From Pseudomonadota bacterium (GTDB lineage Bacteria > Bdellovibrionota_B > Oligoflexia > Oligoflexales > CAIMVM01): a DNA stretch of 37,912 nt. Numbering within the stretch: position 1 is the first letter of the stretch; each line of letters opens with the position of its first letter. The notes under the pieces were generated by a model. It did no database searches and was not told the DNA's origin. It worked only from the letters and a program-made list of their open reading frames with translations. Shown here in pieces: positions 26,317 through 35,477 of this stretch. A program made the translations under genes and the position numbers. Location: assembly GCA_037142195.1 (NCBI GenBank), contig JBAXBA010000032.1:1-37912 (forward strand), given 5' to 3'.

Positions 26317-27825
26317 CTAATTCTTGTGATAGCCATCTCTTACGATTTGCTCCATAGTTGCAAGTTCATTGTTAGCAAGAAAAGCAAAGTGAGTTGTTCT
26401 TTTATTAGCCGAAAGGCGCCCATGGTTCTGTAGACACAGCTGAATAAACAGATCAATCAGATGACTAGGCATGTCGATGAGGTCTTGTATCGCCTTCTTA
26501 GAAAAATCATAAGCGGCCAAAAAGCCTAGTTCTTCCACAAGCTCTTGTTCGATGGTTTTGATTACAAACTCGTATAAGGCTTCTGCTTGAGGTGTCATAT
26601 CCATGTAACGATACCAGCATGCAGTGTCATTCTCGATAGTCATTTGCCCAATTTCATCGAGTTGATAATCAATGAGTTGAAGTAAAGGTCGCGAGAACGC
26701 TTCGAGCGATGCATCATAATCCACCCGATTTTTAAGCATGACTGCCGAGACTGGAAACATAATTCCGCGCGGCAAAACTTCCTCCAGCGAAAGAATATTG
26801 TGGATTAAGAACCGATGAATCCGTCCGTTTCCATCTTCAAACGGATGTAGGAATACAAAACCGTAGGAAATCGCCGCTGCGTGGATGAGCGGAGAAACAT
26901 TACCCGCTTTCATAAGTTTATGGGAATCGATTAAACCCGCCATAAGACTTGGCAGATCGGTAGGTTTGGGGCAAATAAAATGTATGACTTCTTTTTGGTA
27001 TTTAACCGTTTGACCAACATAATTCTGGTTCTTCCGGTAGTCGCTATCTTTAAATCTAGGGTCAACTATGCGGTTCTGAAGCTCTATCAGCCTTGTTTTT
27101 TCACAGAAGTCTTCTTTTTCGGCAAGTTCCAAAGATGTGACGAATCTTTCAGTTCGAGAAGCATTAGGCCGTAAATGCTCAATTTCAAACGACGACTTTG
27201 TCTCTTTGTTATATAGGTAGCTCAATGCTCGACGAAGAAGTTCTGGTGGATATGCGGTGACAATGTCGTCACATCGCTTGCGGAAATCGGATGAATCCAA
27301 TTGTGAAAGCTTTTCGGTGCGCCTAATAATCGGACAAAAAGTTTTGGGACCAAGAAGGTTGTTCACTACACGATGGCGAGGGGATTTCACGGCGTTCCGA
27401 AGTGTGAAATATTTTTTTGCTTCCAACGCATCGACATAGTTACCAGAAGAGACGTCATCGAGAGGTAACTTTTCGCCTGTAAGAAACTCATAAAAAAACC
27501 AAGTCCTGCGCGCGTACTTTCCCGTGGGTTTAGACGCGATGTAGTCGGTGATATCGCCCTGGGAAGCTTTTTCGAAGATTTGAGCCAGTAAACTTAGGTT
27601 GACTCCATCATATTTAAGCGCAAACTCAATGTGGTCACCCAATTTGTCTCCGGGCCAGTATCTTCCCGGGTATACGACTTCAATGACACTATCCTGAACC
27701 TTCGATCTGTATGTCCCGGATGAGGAGACGAATGAGGTGTGCCAATTGGGTACGCCCTCAAGCTCTAGCTTATCGAGAAGGTACGCATATCCTACCCGCC
27801 TAGTTTCCAAAACCTTTACATTCAT
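26317..27825 (-). CDS. Fic-domain protein (large, about 500 aa)
   Basis: Canonical HPFEDGNGRIHR motif (26812-26847) and an upstream SSFEIE resembling the inhibitory (S/T)xxxE motif. ATG 27825 has a GAGG RBS; TTG 27840 is an alternative start. Confidence 0.92.
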   Translation of the reverse strand: MNVKVLETRRVGYAYLLDKLELEGVPNWHTSFVSSSGTYRSKVQDSVIEVVYPGRYWPGDKLGDHIEFALKYDGVNLSLLAQIFEKASQGDITDYIASKPTGKYARRTWFFYEFLTGEKLPLDDVSSGNYVDALEAKKYFTLRNAVKSPRHRVVNNLLGPKTFCPIIRRTEKLSQLDSSDFRKRCDDIVTAYPPELLRRALSYLYNKETKSSFEIEHLRPNASRTERFVTSLELAEKEDFCEKTRLIELQNRIVDPRFKDSDYRKNQNYVGQTVKYQKEVIHFICPKPTDLPSLMAGLIDSHKLMKAGNVSPLIHAAAISYGFVFLHPFEDGNGRIHRFLIHNILSLEEVLPRGIMFPVSAVMLKNRVDYDASLEAFSRPLLQLIDYQLDEIGQMTIENDTACWYRYMDMTPQAEALYEFVIKTIEQELVEELGFLAAYDFSKKAIQDLIDMPSHLIDLFIQLCLQNHGRLSANKRTTHFAFLANNELATMEQIVRDGYHKN

Positions 27826-27857
27826 CGAATGCCTCGCCAAATTGTTTAAGTCCTCAT

Positions 27858-27886
27858 AATATATTTAGGAAATAGCTATTTGTGAA
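27858..27886 (-). promoter_or_regulatory. Candidate sigma70 promoter of the fic gene with a palindrome in the spacer
   Basis: TTCACA-17nt-TATATT on the minus strand; perfect palindrome AAATAGCTATTT at 27870-27881. Confidence 0.5.
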
Positions 27887-28064
27887 CAAAATGATTAGAA
27901 AATGGCACTTTTCAGGTTAAAAAATTACCAATCCCGTAAAAAACTAGAACTCGACTCCGGTGCGCCCATTCATGAACTTTATTTGGTATGTGGACCAATT
28001 CTCGTTGTACGGGCACCTATTGCATGAGTAGTTCCAGGGAGTTACAGGGATGTTTTAAGATCTT

Positions 28065-28244
28065 TCTAGCTTATCGAGAAGGTACGCATATCCTGCCCGC
28101 CGAGTTTCCAAAACGTTTACATTTATCGACGGCCCTCGCCAAACAATTAAAGTCTTTGTAATATACTTATAAAAGAGCTATTTGGCAATAAAATGATTAG
28201 AAAATGGGATTTTGCTAGCAAAAAGCTATCAATCCCTCAAAAAA
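28065..28244 (-). repeat. Diverged direct duplicate of 27764-27943 (fic promoter plus about 20 codons)
   Basis: TCTAGCTTATCGAGAAGGTACGCATATCCT is identical at 27764 and 28065. Similarity continues through AAAATGATTAGAAAATGG and CAATCCC..AAAAAA at an offset of about 301. Confidence 0.92.
28160..28188 (-). promoter_or_regulatory. Candidate sigma70 promoter in the duplicated copy
   Basis: TTGCCA-17nt-TATATT on the minus strand, at the equivalent position to the copy-1 promoter. Confidence 0.5.
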
Positions 28245-28608
28245 GACTCGCCACCCTTGCCTTGATGGACGGAAGAGAAAATAATGGCTTCCAGGCAGTT
28301 AATACTTGAAACCCATAAAGCAGTCCGCTGCTCTCCCTGCCTAGCCCAAACTCTTTGGACCGGGGAGTTGGGATCCGCTCGCAGAGGCCCGGCCAGAGCA
28401 AAGAGAAAAGAGCATCTTACATTTATCAAGGGCGAGTTGGAGACTTTAGGTCTAAAAGAAAGTATCTACTCATTGAAGAAACGAAAAGTCACTCAGATGG
28501 GTTTCAACTGAGTGACTTAGAAATATACATTCCATGTTCAAACACAAAATCCAGCATTTTAGATTCGAAAAGAAATTTACAAAAATCCCAGTCCCAATCC
28601 TTGACGTA

Positions 28609-29931
28609 TTAGGTCAACTTGGGTTCACTTTTCATATGGGCTACTTGTTCTGCAGCCTCTTGCCCGCTCATCCAGCGCTTGAGCAAGGGCACTAGGGCTA
28701 AAAGTGCTACCGCGGCAACTCCGGCTGTAATCGCTAGGATTCCAAAAAAGTTGTCTGGGGCCATCGTGTCATACTGCCCTGCAAAAATACCGCCCGCTAA
28801 GTTTGCAACAAAACTAGATAGAAACCAAGTTCCCATCAAGAGTGAGGCAAACCTTGCCGGAGAGAGTTTTGTCACCACGGAAAGACCTACTGGGGAAAGA
28901 CAGAGTTCCCCAAGGGTATGTAGAAAATAGACACCAAACAACCACCAAGCTGCCACAGGTCCACTCGTCATATAGGCTTTTGCCGCAGCAGCCATCAGTA
29001 CAAAACCAGCGGCAAGCAGAGCAAGACCCCAAACAAACTTCATGGGAGAGGACGGTTCACGATCTCTTTGGGATAGCTTGATCCAAAATGATGAGAAGAA
29101 GGGAGCTAGAACAAAGATAAAGAGTGGGTTTAGAGACTGGTACCAACCCGCTGGAAATTCATATCCAAAAATAGTTCGATTGGTTTGTGAATCCGCAAAG
29201 AGAGTCAGTGAGCTTCCGGCCTGCTCAAAGCAGCCCCAAAAAAAGATCGTAAAGAATGCCAGTATAAAGATCACCGCAATTTGCTTTTTTTCTGCACCGG
29301 TAAGTGCAACATTTCCTATGGCTCCTTGATTCTTAGCAACAGGCGCTAGGCCTAAATCTCCCAAATACTTCTTTTGGCCCCAAAGGTAAGAGACTAAACC
29401 TGCCCCCATGCCAACACCTGCTGCGGCAAAACCATAATGCCAGCCGTACTTCTCACCCAAAGTGCTACACACGAGAGGAGAAAAAAACGCGCCCAGATTA
29501 ATCCCCATATAGAAAATCGTAAAGGCTGCGTCACGGCGGGAATCATTCTTTTCGTAAAGACCGCCCACTAATATGGAAATATTTGGTTTAAAGAAACCAT
29601 TACCGAGGATAAGTAACGCCAAAGCGGAGTAGAAAAAAGCCAGACTCTGGACAGCCATGGCAAAGTGGCCAAGCATCATTAAAATCCCGCCGACTAAAAT
29701 CGACTTGCGTTGCCCCCAATACCTATCAGCAATATAACCGCCAATAAGAGGCGTTAAATACACGAGACCAGTATAGAGACCGTACACGGAACCGGCTTTC
29801 TCAGTTGAAAATTCCAAAGCTTTGAGCATGTAAAGCATGAGTAAAACGCGCATACCATAGAAGGAAAAACGCTCCCACATCTCTATCCCAAACAACAAAT
29901 AAAGTCCTTTTGGATGTCCCTCTTTGACCAC
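28609..29931 (-). CDS. Proton-dependent oligopeptide transporter (POT/PTR family, MFS)
   Basis: EMWERFSFYGMR, GGYIADRYWG, GNGFFKPN, FYMGINLGA and GELCLSPVGLS. GTG start with GGGAG RBS. Confidence 0.95.
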   Translation of the reverse strand: MVKEGHPKGLYLLFGIEMWERFSFYGMRVLLMLYMLKALEFSTEKAGSVYGLYTGLVYLTPLIGGYIADRYWGQRKSILVGGILMMLGHFAMAVQSLAFFYSALALLILGNGFFKPNISILVGGLYEKNDSRRDAAFTIFYMGINLGAFFSPLVCSTLGEKYGWHYGFAAAGVGMGAGLVSYLWGQKKYLGDLGLAPVAKNQGAIGNVALTGAEKKQIAVIFILAFFTIFFWGCFEQAGSSLTLFADSQTNRTIFGYEFPAGWYQSLNPLFIFVLAPFFSSFWIKLSQRDREPSSPMKFVWGLALLAAGFVLMAAAAKAYMTSGPVAAWWLFGVYFLHTLGELCLSPVGLSVVTKLSPARFASLLMGTWFLSSFVANLAGGIFAGQYDTMAPDNFFGILAITAGVAAVALLALVPLLKRWMSGQEAAEQVAHMKSEPKLT

Positions 29932-30336
29932 GGAATACTCCCAAGCTACGAATGTAAATGTGCCCCATTTTTTTAAATGGATCTTAAGAAACCCTTATAT
30001 ATCTGTTTTTAGAGCTAAGCTAGTCCGTTTCTTTGGCAGACTAGGAGGGAATCATTGTAGCAAGCCCTAAATCTCTCGGGATAGGTTTGGAACTGGAACC
30101 GGGCAGGTTTAGTAAAGAGATCGAGTTTCTTTTCTGGCTGAGACCAACGCTTCTGAAGCAACGATTCCATTGAGAAATCCTCACTTTGACCTGTCCGGGA
30201 GAATATGGCTCGGCCTAATGCAGGAAAAAAACTGAAGAACTTATACTTGCCATCCGCCAGCTAGACCTAGGATATCTAGCACAGCGAAGCTTATAAGAGT
30301 ATGATGGTACCAACTCAAAAAATGAGGGAGCAGCTT

Positions 30337-30939
30337 GTGATTAAGAGTTTTATTTCTATGTTCCTGATGATTTCCGCCACTATTGCTTATGCTCGTCCGG
30401 TGGTTGTCGTTTTAGGTGACAGCCTTGCCGCAGGCTACGGTGTTGATAAAGAAGAGTCTTTCCCAAGCCTTTTGGAGAAGAAATTTAAATCCGACAAGGT
30501 AGATATGAAAGTCATCAATGCCGGACTTTCTGGCTCCACGAGTGCCAGTGGCCCCTCTCGAATGAATTGGCAGTTAAAAGCAAAGCCAACTCATTTGCTT
30601 TTGGCTCTTGGGGCTAATGATGCCTTGCGAGGAATCAATCCTGCAGACACCACCGAATCTCTTAGAAAGACCATTAAAATTGCTTTAGATAATCACATCA
30701 CTGTATTTATTTTAGGAATGAAAGCCCCCCCGAATTACGGCAAAGAATTTACGCTAAAATTTGAATCCATATATATAAACCTATCTAAAGAATTTAAGCT
30801 GGATCGATTTCCCTTCCTCCTGGAGGGGGTAGCTGGAGACGCCGCACTCAATCAAGGCGATGGGATCCACCCTAATGCCAAAGGACATCAAATCATTGCA
30901 GATCATCTCTATACTTTTCTAAAAGGAAAAATTCATTGA
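30337..30939 (+). CDS. tesA: SGNH/GDSL arylesterase-thioesterase, TesA-like
   Basis: GDSL, NAGLSG, LGAND and DGIHPN blocks. GTG 30337 (GGGAG RBS) gives a signal peptide ending AYA. Confidence 0.88.
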   Translation: MIKSFISMFLMISATIAYARPVVVVLGDSLAAGYGVDKEESFPSLLEKKFKSDKVDMKVINAGLSGSTSASGPSRMNWQLKAKPTHLLLALGANDALRGINPADTTESLRKTIKIALDNHITVFILGMKAPPNYGKEFTLKFESIYINLSKEFKLDRFPFLLEGVAGDAALNQGDGIHPNAKGHQIIADHLYTFLKGKIH

Positions 30940-31637
30940 GCATACTAAGCCTGAAAAACATCCATAAGTCGTACTCCCAAGGAAGCTCAACCCTTAGTAT
31001 TTTGAAGGACCTAGAACTTGAGGTAAACCGAGGAGAAATCGTCGCTATCACAGGACAGTCTGGTGCCGGGAAATCATCTTTGCTAGCCATTATGTCAGGG
31101 ATCGACCGCCCGGACTCCGGGCAAATCATTGTGGGAACAACCCATTTAAGTTCTCTAAATGAAAATGAATTGACCCAATTTAGAGGCAAGAACATTGGAA
31201 TTGTATTTCAGCAATTTCATCTCGTTCCCCATCTTACAGCCCTTGAAAATGTTATGCTTCCCCTTGAAATTGCGGGAGACAAGCAAGCTGAAGAAAAAGC
31301 AAGACAGTCCCTTTTAAACGTGGGACTAGAGGCAAGATCAAACCACTTCCCTAGTCAGCTTAGCGGCGGCGAATGCCAGCGAGTTGCCATAGCAAGAGCC
31401 TTTACCACGGAGCCTGAATTTTTACTCGCTGATGAGCCCTCAGGAAGTTTAGATACCACTACCGGAAGCCAAGTCATGGACTTACTATTTAATGAAGTGA
31501 AAAGACGAGGCATGACTTTAGTCATCGTGACCCACTCTGAGGACCTCGCCCTCAAATGTAGCCGACAGTTCAAACTAAGCCAAGGAAAGCTTATAGAAAC
31601 CACGAGAGTTCCAGGAAACGTTAAGGGTAATTTATGA
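30936..31637 (+). CDS. ybbA: ABC transporter ATP-binding protein, YbbA/LolD-like
   Basis: GQSGAGKS, IGIVFQ, LSGGECQR, ADEP and VTH motifs; lies between tesA and a YbbP-like permease. Confidence 0.85.
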   Translation: MSILSLKNIHKSYSQGSSTLSILKDLELEVNRGEIVAITGQSGAGKSSLLAIMSGIDRPDSGQIIVGTTHLSSLNENELTQFRGKNIGIVFQQFHLVPHLTALENVMLPLEIAGDKQAEEKARQSLLNVGLEARSNHFPSQLSGGECQRVAIARAFTTEPEFLLADEPSGSLDTTTGSQVMDLLFNEVKRRGMTLVIVTHSEDLALKCSRQFKLSQGKLIETTRVPGNVKGNL

Positions 31638-34171
31638 AATTTTTTCTGCGGTCCCTTAGAGAGTTACGCGGTCAGAAATCTTTTGTGCTTCTCTTTTGTA
31701 TCAACATCTCTTTTGGACTTGTCGGTTTAGGACTGATAAACACTTGGCGTCAAGCGTTTGAAGACACCATTGCTCAACGCTCCAAAACCATGTTGGGTGC
31801 AGATATACAAATTTCCACTCGCAGAACCTGGGACCCCAAAGAGGTTGAAATCATAGAAAAGGAGACAGCAGCTTTAGGAAGCTCCACAGCAAGATCTGCA
31901 ACACTCTACACAATGGCCGCCAGCTCTTCTAAATCTCGTCTCATTGAACTTCGAGCCACAGAGTCCTCACTGCCTTTTTATGGCCAAATTACAATCAAGG
32001 GCGATCCTTCTCATATAAAACGCCTTAAAGACGAGGCGCATTCCATCTGGATCTACCCAGAAATCGCCACTGCCCTTGGGCTTAACGTCGGCTCCATCTT
32101 AAAGCTAGGAGAATCGAACTTTACTGTTACAGGCATCATTGAGGACGACCCCGCTGGATCTTGGGCGGGATCGTCCATCGCGCCCCGAGCGTATATTAAT
32201 ATTGAAGATCTACAGGCCACAGAACTCGTTAGAAAAGGATCTACGGTTTGGAGTTCCTACTTGGTTAAGACTTCGACGGATATAGAAACGAAAGTCATTA
32301 TAAATAATTTAAGCAAATTATTGAATGACCCAGGAGTGACTATCGCTGATCACCGGGAGTCTGGGGAACAATCAGCTCGCTTGTTTAAGTATTTGACGGA
32401 TTACCTATCTCTTGTCTCCATAACGGCACTTATAATGACCGGCGTCGCTGCCTCTTGGCTCTATCGCCACTATTTTAGAAGACGCCGCAAAACTACTGCA
32501 ATCTATATTTGCTTGGGAGCAACCCGTTACGAAGCCTTTGGAGTCGGAGTCTTTCAAGTCCTTTTTTTGGGAGTCCTATCCTCTCTTGCAGCTGCGGCGA
32601 TAAGTCTCTCTCTATCTGGAGTCCTTGTTAAGTTGGTGCATGATTTTGTCCCTTGGGCGCTAACACCTGCTTTTAGCTTTGCCGTATTTGCTAAATTGGT
32701 TTTCATCTCGGTAAGTACTTGCTTGGTGGTTTGCTTGCCATGGCTTCTTGAAACAAGAGATATTTCACCGGGACTGCTATTGAACGAGCCCGTGGGCCAG
32801 GATTCCCCCAAAAGCAGGTATCGATATCTTTCTTTAGGAATTCAAGTCCTCTTCTTTGCCGGACTTGCTATTTTAGAAGCCAAATCCTATTTTTCTGGCA
32901 TGGTTTTTTCAGGCACTCTGATCTTAGCCACCCTCATTATTTTGTTCTCGTCGAGGCTGGTACACAAAGTGCTTAAGGGCCTCGCGACTGGATTATCGGC
33001 CCCCCTAAAACACGGGCTTCTCAGAAGTGTTCGCTGTGTAGATGAATCCACACCCGCCATTGTGTCCATGGGGCTTGCCACTATACTTACGGTTCTCCTA
33101 CCCACACTCAGAGACATTTTAAGGACGGAACTTAATGTTTCCTCAGATCGAGGCATCCCCTCCATGTTTGTTTTCGATATCCAAGACGAACAGAAAGCTC
33201 CTTTAGAAACATTGCTAAGTGATCTAAAGGCGCAAATTCAAATGATCAGCCCAATGATTCGAGGGCGACTTTTGACACAAAACGGAAGTTCCATTGTCCG
33301 AGAAGAAACCGAGTCCCAGGATAGCCGTGATGCGGAACGGTCAAAACTAATGAGAAACAGAGGCTATAACCTTTCCTATCGCAGTAAACTTGATCCCTCT
33401 GAAAAAACCACCTCCGGCACTTTTAAGGGAACACCTTTCTCTCCTAATGAGCATGAGTTACCTGAAATTTCGGTTGAGAAAAACTTCGCCGATCGAACCA
33501 AAATAGAAATGAATGACATTTTAAATTTTGAGATAGAAGGGGTTGAAATCCAAGGCAAGGTCACGTCTTTTAGATCGGTAAAATGGGGCAGCTTTCAGCC
33601 CAACTTCTTTGTTTTATTTCAGCCTGGAGTCCTTGATGATGCGCCTAAGACCTGGGTAGCTTCTATTGGTCCTACGAGTCCTGAGCTAAAAGCTGAAATA
33701 CAAACCAAAATTGTACAAAATTTCCCAAATGTATCTGCCATTGATGTCGAACGAGTTTTAAGTCGACTCATGGAACTCTTGGAAAAGTCCTCGATTGCGC
33801 TTGGTGCCTTAGCTCTTCTTTGTGTCATAAGTGGCTTCTTAGTTCTGATTAGTATAACCAGACAAATGCTACACGAGCGAGAAAAAGACCTACTCCTTTA
33901 TAAGGTAGTTGGAGCCGATCGTTCTTTCCTTATAAAGCTTCTTCTAAGTGAGATTTCTGTCATTGCTGCAGTTTCGAGTTTCACTGGACTATTTCTAGGC
34001 TTAGGCATCGCCCAAGCCCTATCGGTTATCGTTTTTCAATCCAATACGATAGTCAGTCCTGGAACTGTGGTATGGATACCATTTCTATTTACTTTCATTG
34101 CTGTCGTCTTGAGTTATAGTTCGATTCGTCGTATCACTTCTCGACCTGCAAGTTTTGGCCTTCTATCTTAG
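31634..34171 (+). CDS. ybbP: ABC transporter permease, YbbP/FtsX-MacB family
   Basis: 845 aa in two FtsX-like halves; LGADI, PFYG, FVFDIQ..Q, PMIRGRL and VKWGSFQPNFFV. Confidence 0.88.
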   Translation: MKFFLRSLRELRGQKSFVLLFCINISFGLVGLGLINTWRQAFEDTIAQRSKTMLGADIQISTRRTWDPKEVEIIEKETAALGSSTARSATLYTMAASSSKSRLIELRATESSLPFYGQITIKGDPSHIKRLKDEAHSIWIYPEIATALGLNVGSILKLGESNFTVTGIIEDDPAGSWAGSSIAPRAYINIEDLQATELVRKGSTVWSSYLVKTSTDIETKVIINNLSKLLNDPGVTIADHRESGEQSARLFKYLTDYLSLVSITALIMTGVAASWLYRHYFRRRRKTTAIYICLGATRYEAFGVGVFQVLFLGVLSSLAAAAISLSLSGVLVKLVHDFVPWALTPAFSFAVFAKLVFISVSTCLVVCLPWLLETRDISPGLLLNEPVGQDSPKSRYRYLSLGIQVLFFAGLAILEAKSYFSGMVFSGTLILATLIILFSSRLVHKVLKGLATGLSAPLKHGLLRSVRCVDESTPAIVSMGLATILTVLLPTLRDILRTELNVSSDRGIPSMFVFDIQDEQKAPLETLLSDLKAQIQMISPMIRGRLLTQNGSSIVREETESQDSRDAERSKLMRNRGYNLSYRSKLDPSEKTTSGTFKGTPFSPNEHELPEISVEKNFADRTKIEMNDILNFEIEGVEIQGKVTSFRSVKWGSFQPNFFVLFQPGVLDDAPKTWVASIGPTSPELKAEIQTKIVQNFPNVSAIDVERVLSRLMELLEKSSIALGALALLCVISGFLVLISITRQMLHEREKDLLLYKVVGADRSFLIKLLLSEISVIAAVSSFTGLFLGLGIAQALSVIVFQSNTIVSPGTVVWIPFLFTFIAVVLSYSSIRRITSRPASFGLLS

Positions 34172-34233
34172 CCTCGCATCAAAATGGGAAAGTCCGTCGG
34201 GGACGGAACATTATTGCTACATGAGGCTACCAC

Positions 34234-34269
34234 AAAAAAATGCCGCAAAAAATCAGTGTTTTTGCGGCA
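34234..34269 (-). terminator. Intrinsic terminator for the minus-strand lipoprotein gene
   Basis: TGCCGCAAAAA-7nt-TTTTTGCGGCA 11-bp stem with a T7 tract on the minus strand (A7 at 34234-34240). Confidence 0.8.
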
Positions 34270-34352
34270 GGACTTAAGGTCAAATTTTTGACTGTGCCAT
34301 TTATGGAAACTATTTTCCAACTTAAAATAGATAGTTCTAAGGCAGCATTAAA

Positions 34353-35072
34353 CTAAGGCATCTCGGAGCCATCGGGAAGCACCTTTACCAATTTTACAAA
34401 TACACTTCCTTTACCCGCTCCCAGTTTATGATCATAGGTAGAACCACTATTAGCAAGTGCACGAACTACCATCATAATCTGACAGGTACCCGCTGCGATT
34501 TCTCTTCCGTGATTTACGGGGCCATTTCCTGACGAATGAAGTTGTATAGCGATGTTGGTATCGTTACAAAACTTGATTCCCGCATAGAGGCTGTTGACTC
34601 CCGCAAAAGCCTCATCTCCCACAAGTGAATCCTTGACTCCTGCTACTTGCTGATTGGTAGGTAGCGTTGGCGGGACAATGAGTGCCCCTGCTTCTGTAAC
34701 CGGAACTTTTACAACAATGGGATTTTTTGACGAAGTTCCCCACCCCATGGGATTGGTAACATTGAACTGGGTGATAAGCTTACCAGATGCCAGCAACGCA
34801 GCGTTATCGGCCTTCGTCTTCTCTAAATTTCCCGGCTCTTGAGGCTTAGGTGTAACATTCTGTACCTTCGCATTGGGATCGACAGCAACCTCTTCCTTTG
34901 GATGGGTGGGATTCCCAGAAACTGCATCACCCCCCTTTGCCAATACCTTGTCTGCGTTAGTGCCGGACTTCTTTGAAACAATCTGGTTGGAATCCGCTTG
35001 CGAGCAACTCGCCAAATAGGTCCAAGTGACCCCAACACTCAGATATCTTAATAAGTTAGTCTTTGCGACCAT
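34353..35072 (-). CDS. Hypothetical lipoprotein with a His/Cys-containing beta-rich C-terminal domain
   Basis: Lipobox-like LAS|C at residue 23, a low-complexity linker and a GAGGAG RBS. Confidence 0.75.
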   Translation of the reverse strand: MVAKTNLLRYLSVGVTWTYLASCSQADSNQIVSKKSGTNADKVLAKGGDAVSGNPTHPKEEVAVDPNAKVQNVTPKPQEPGNLEKTKADNAALLASGKLITQFNVTNPMGWGTSSKNPIVVKVPVTEAGALIVPPTLPTNQQVAGVKDSLVGDEAFAGVNSLYAGIKFCNDTNIAIQLHSSGNGPVNHGREIAAGTCQIMMVVRALANSGSTYDHKLGAGKGSVFVKLVKVLPDGSEMP

Positions 35073-35477
35073 AGTCAGCTCCTCTAGTGTTCAAAGTGCA
35101 ATATCGTAAAAAAAAACTTTTTATAGAGATCATATTTAATCGCGAGAAATAGCTCGAATTTTCATCGCTTTACACTCGAATCAACGAGCTTAATTTTGCT
35201 TTCATATGTGAGAAAAACTCCATTTTTTGGCGCCGAGCAGTAGGAAGAGGAATCCCTGCTTCAGGATTCCGAAGCACACAAGTATCCGATCTTCTTACAT
35301 CGTAAGAGGCCAATAGGATTGACAAACTTGTTAATTCTACCCCCATCTGCCAGGGTACTTCCTTCGTGAAAACAGATACTTAAATGGAAAGTCTCTTTGT
35401 TTCAAAGGAAATCTTCCGTTGCATTTTCAAGTTTTCTGACTATATCTTCATGCGATATCTTGCCGGGGGCCTATACT

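Noticed and set aside
28229..28612. Three short overlapping ORFs and a GC-richer patch between the fic duplicate and the POT gene
   Set aside because: No recognisable motif or convincing RNA structure; cannot be supported as a gene or ncRNA.
30136..30225. TPP riboswitch suggested by GGCTGAGA and GACCTG
   Set aside because: The spacing and the downstream elements (CCTGAT...TAATG...CGTAGG) do not fit, and the adjacent genes are not thiamine-related.
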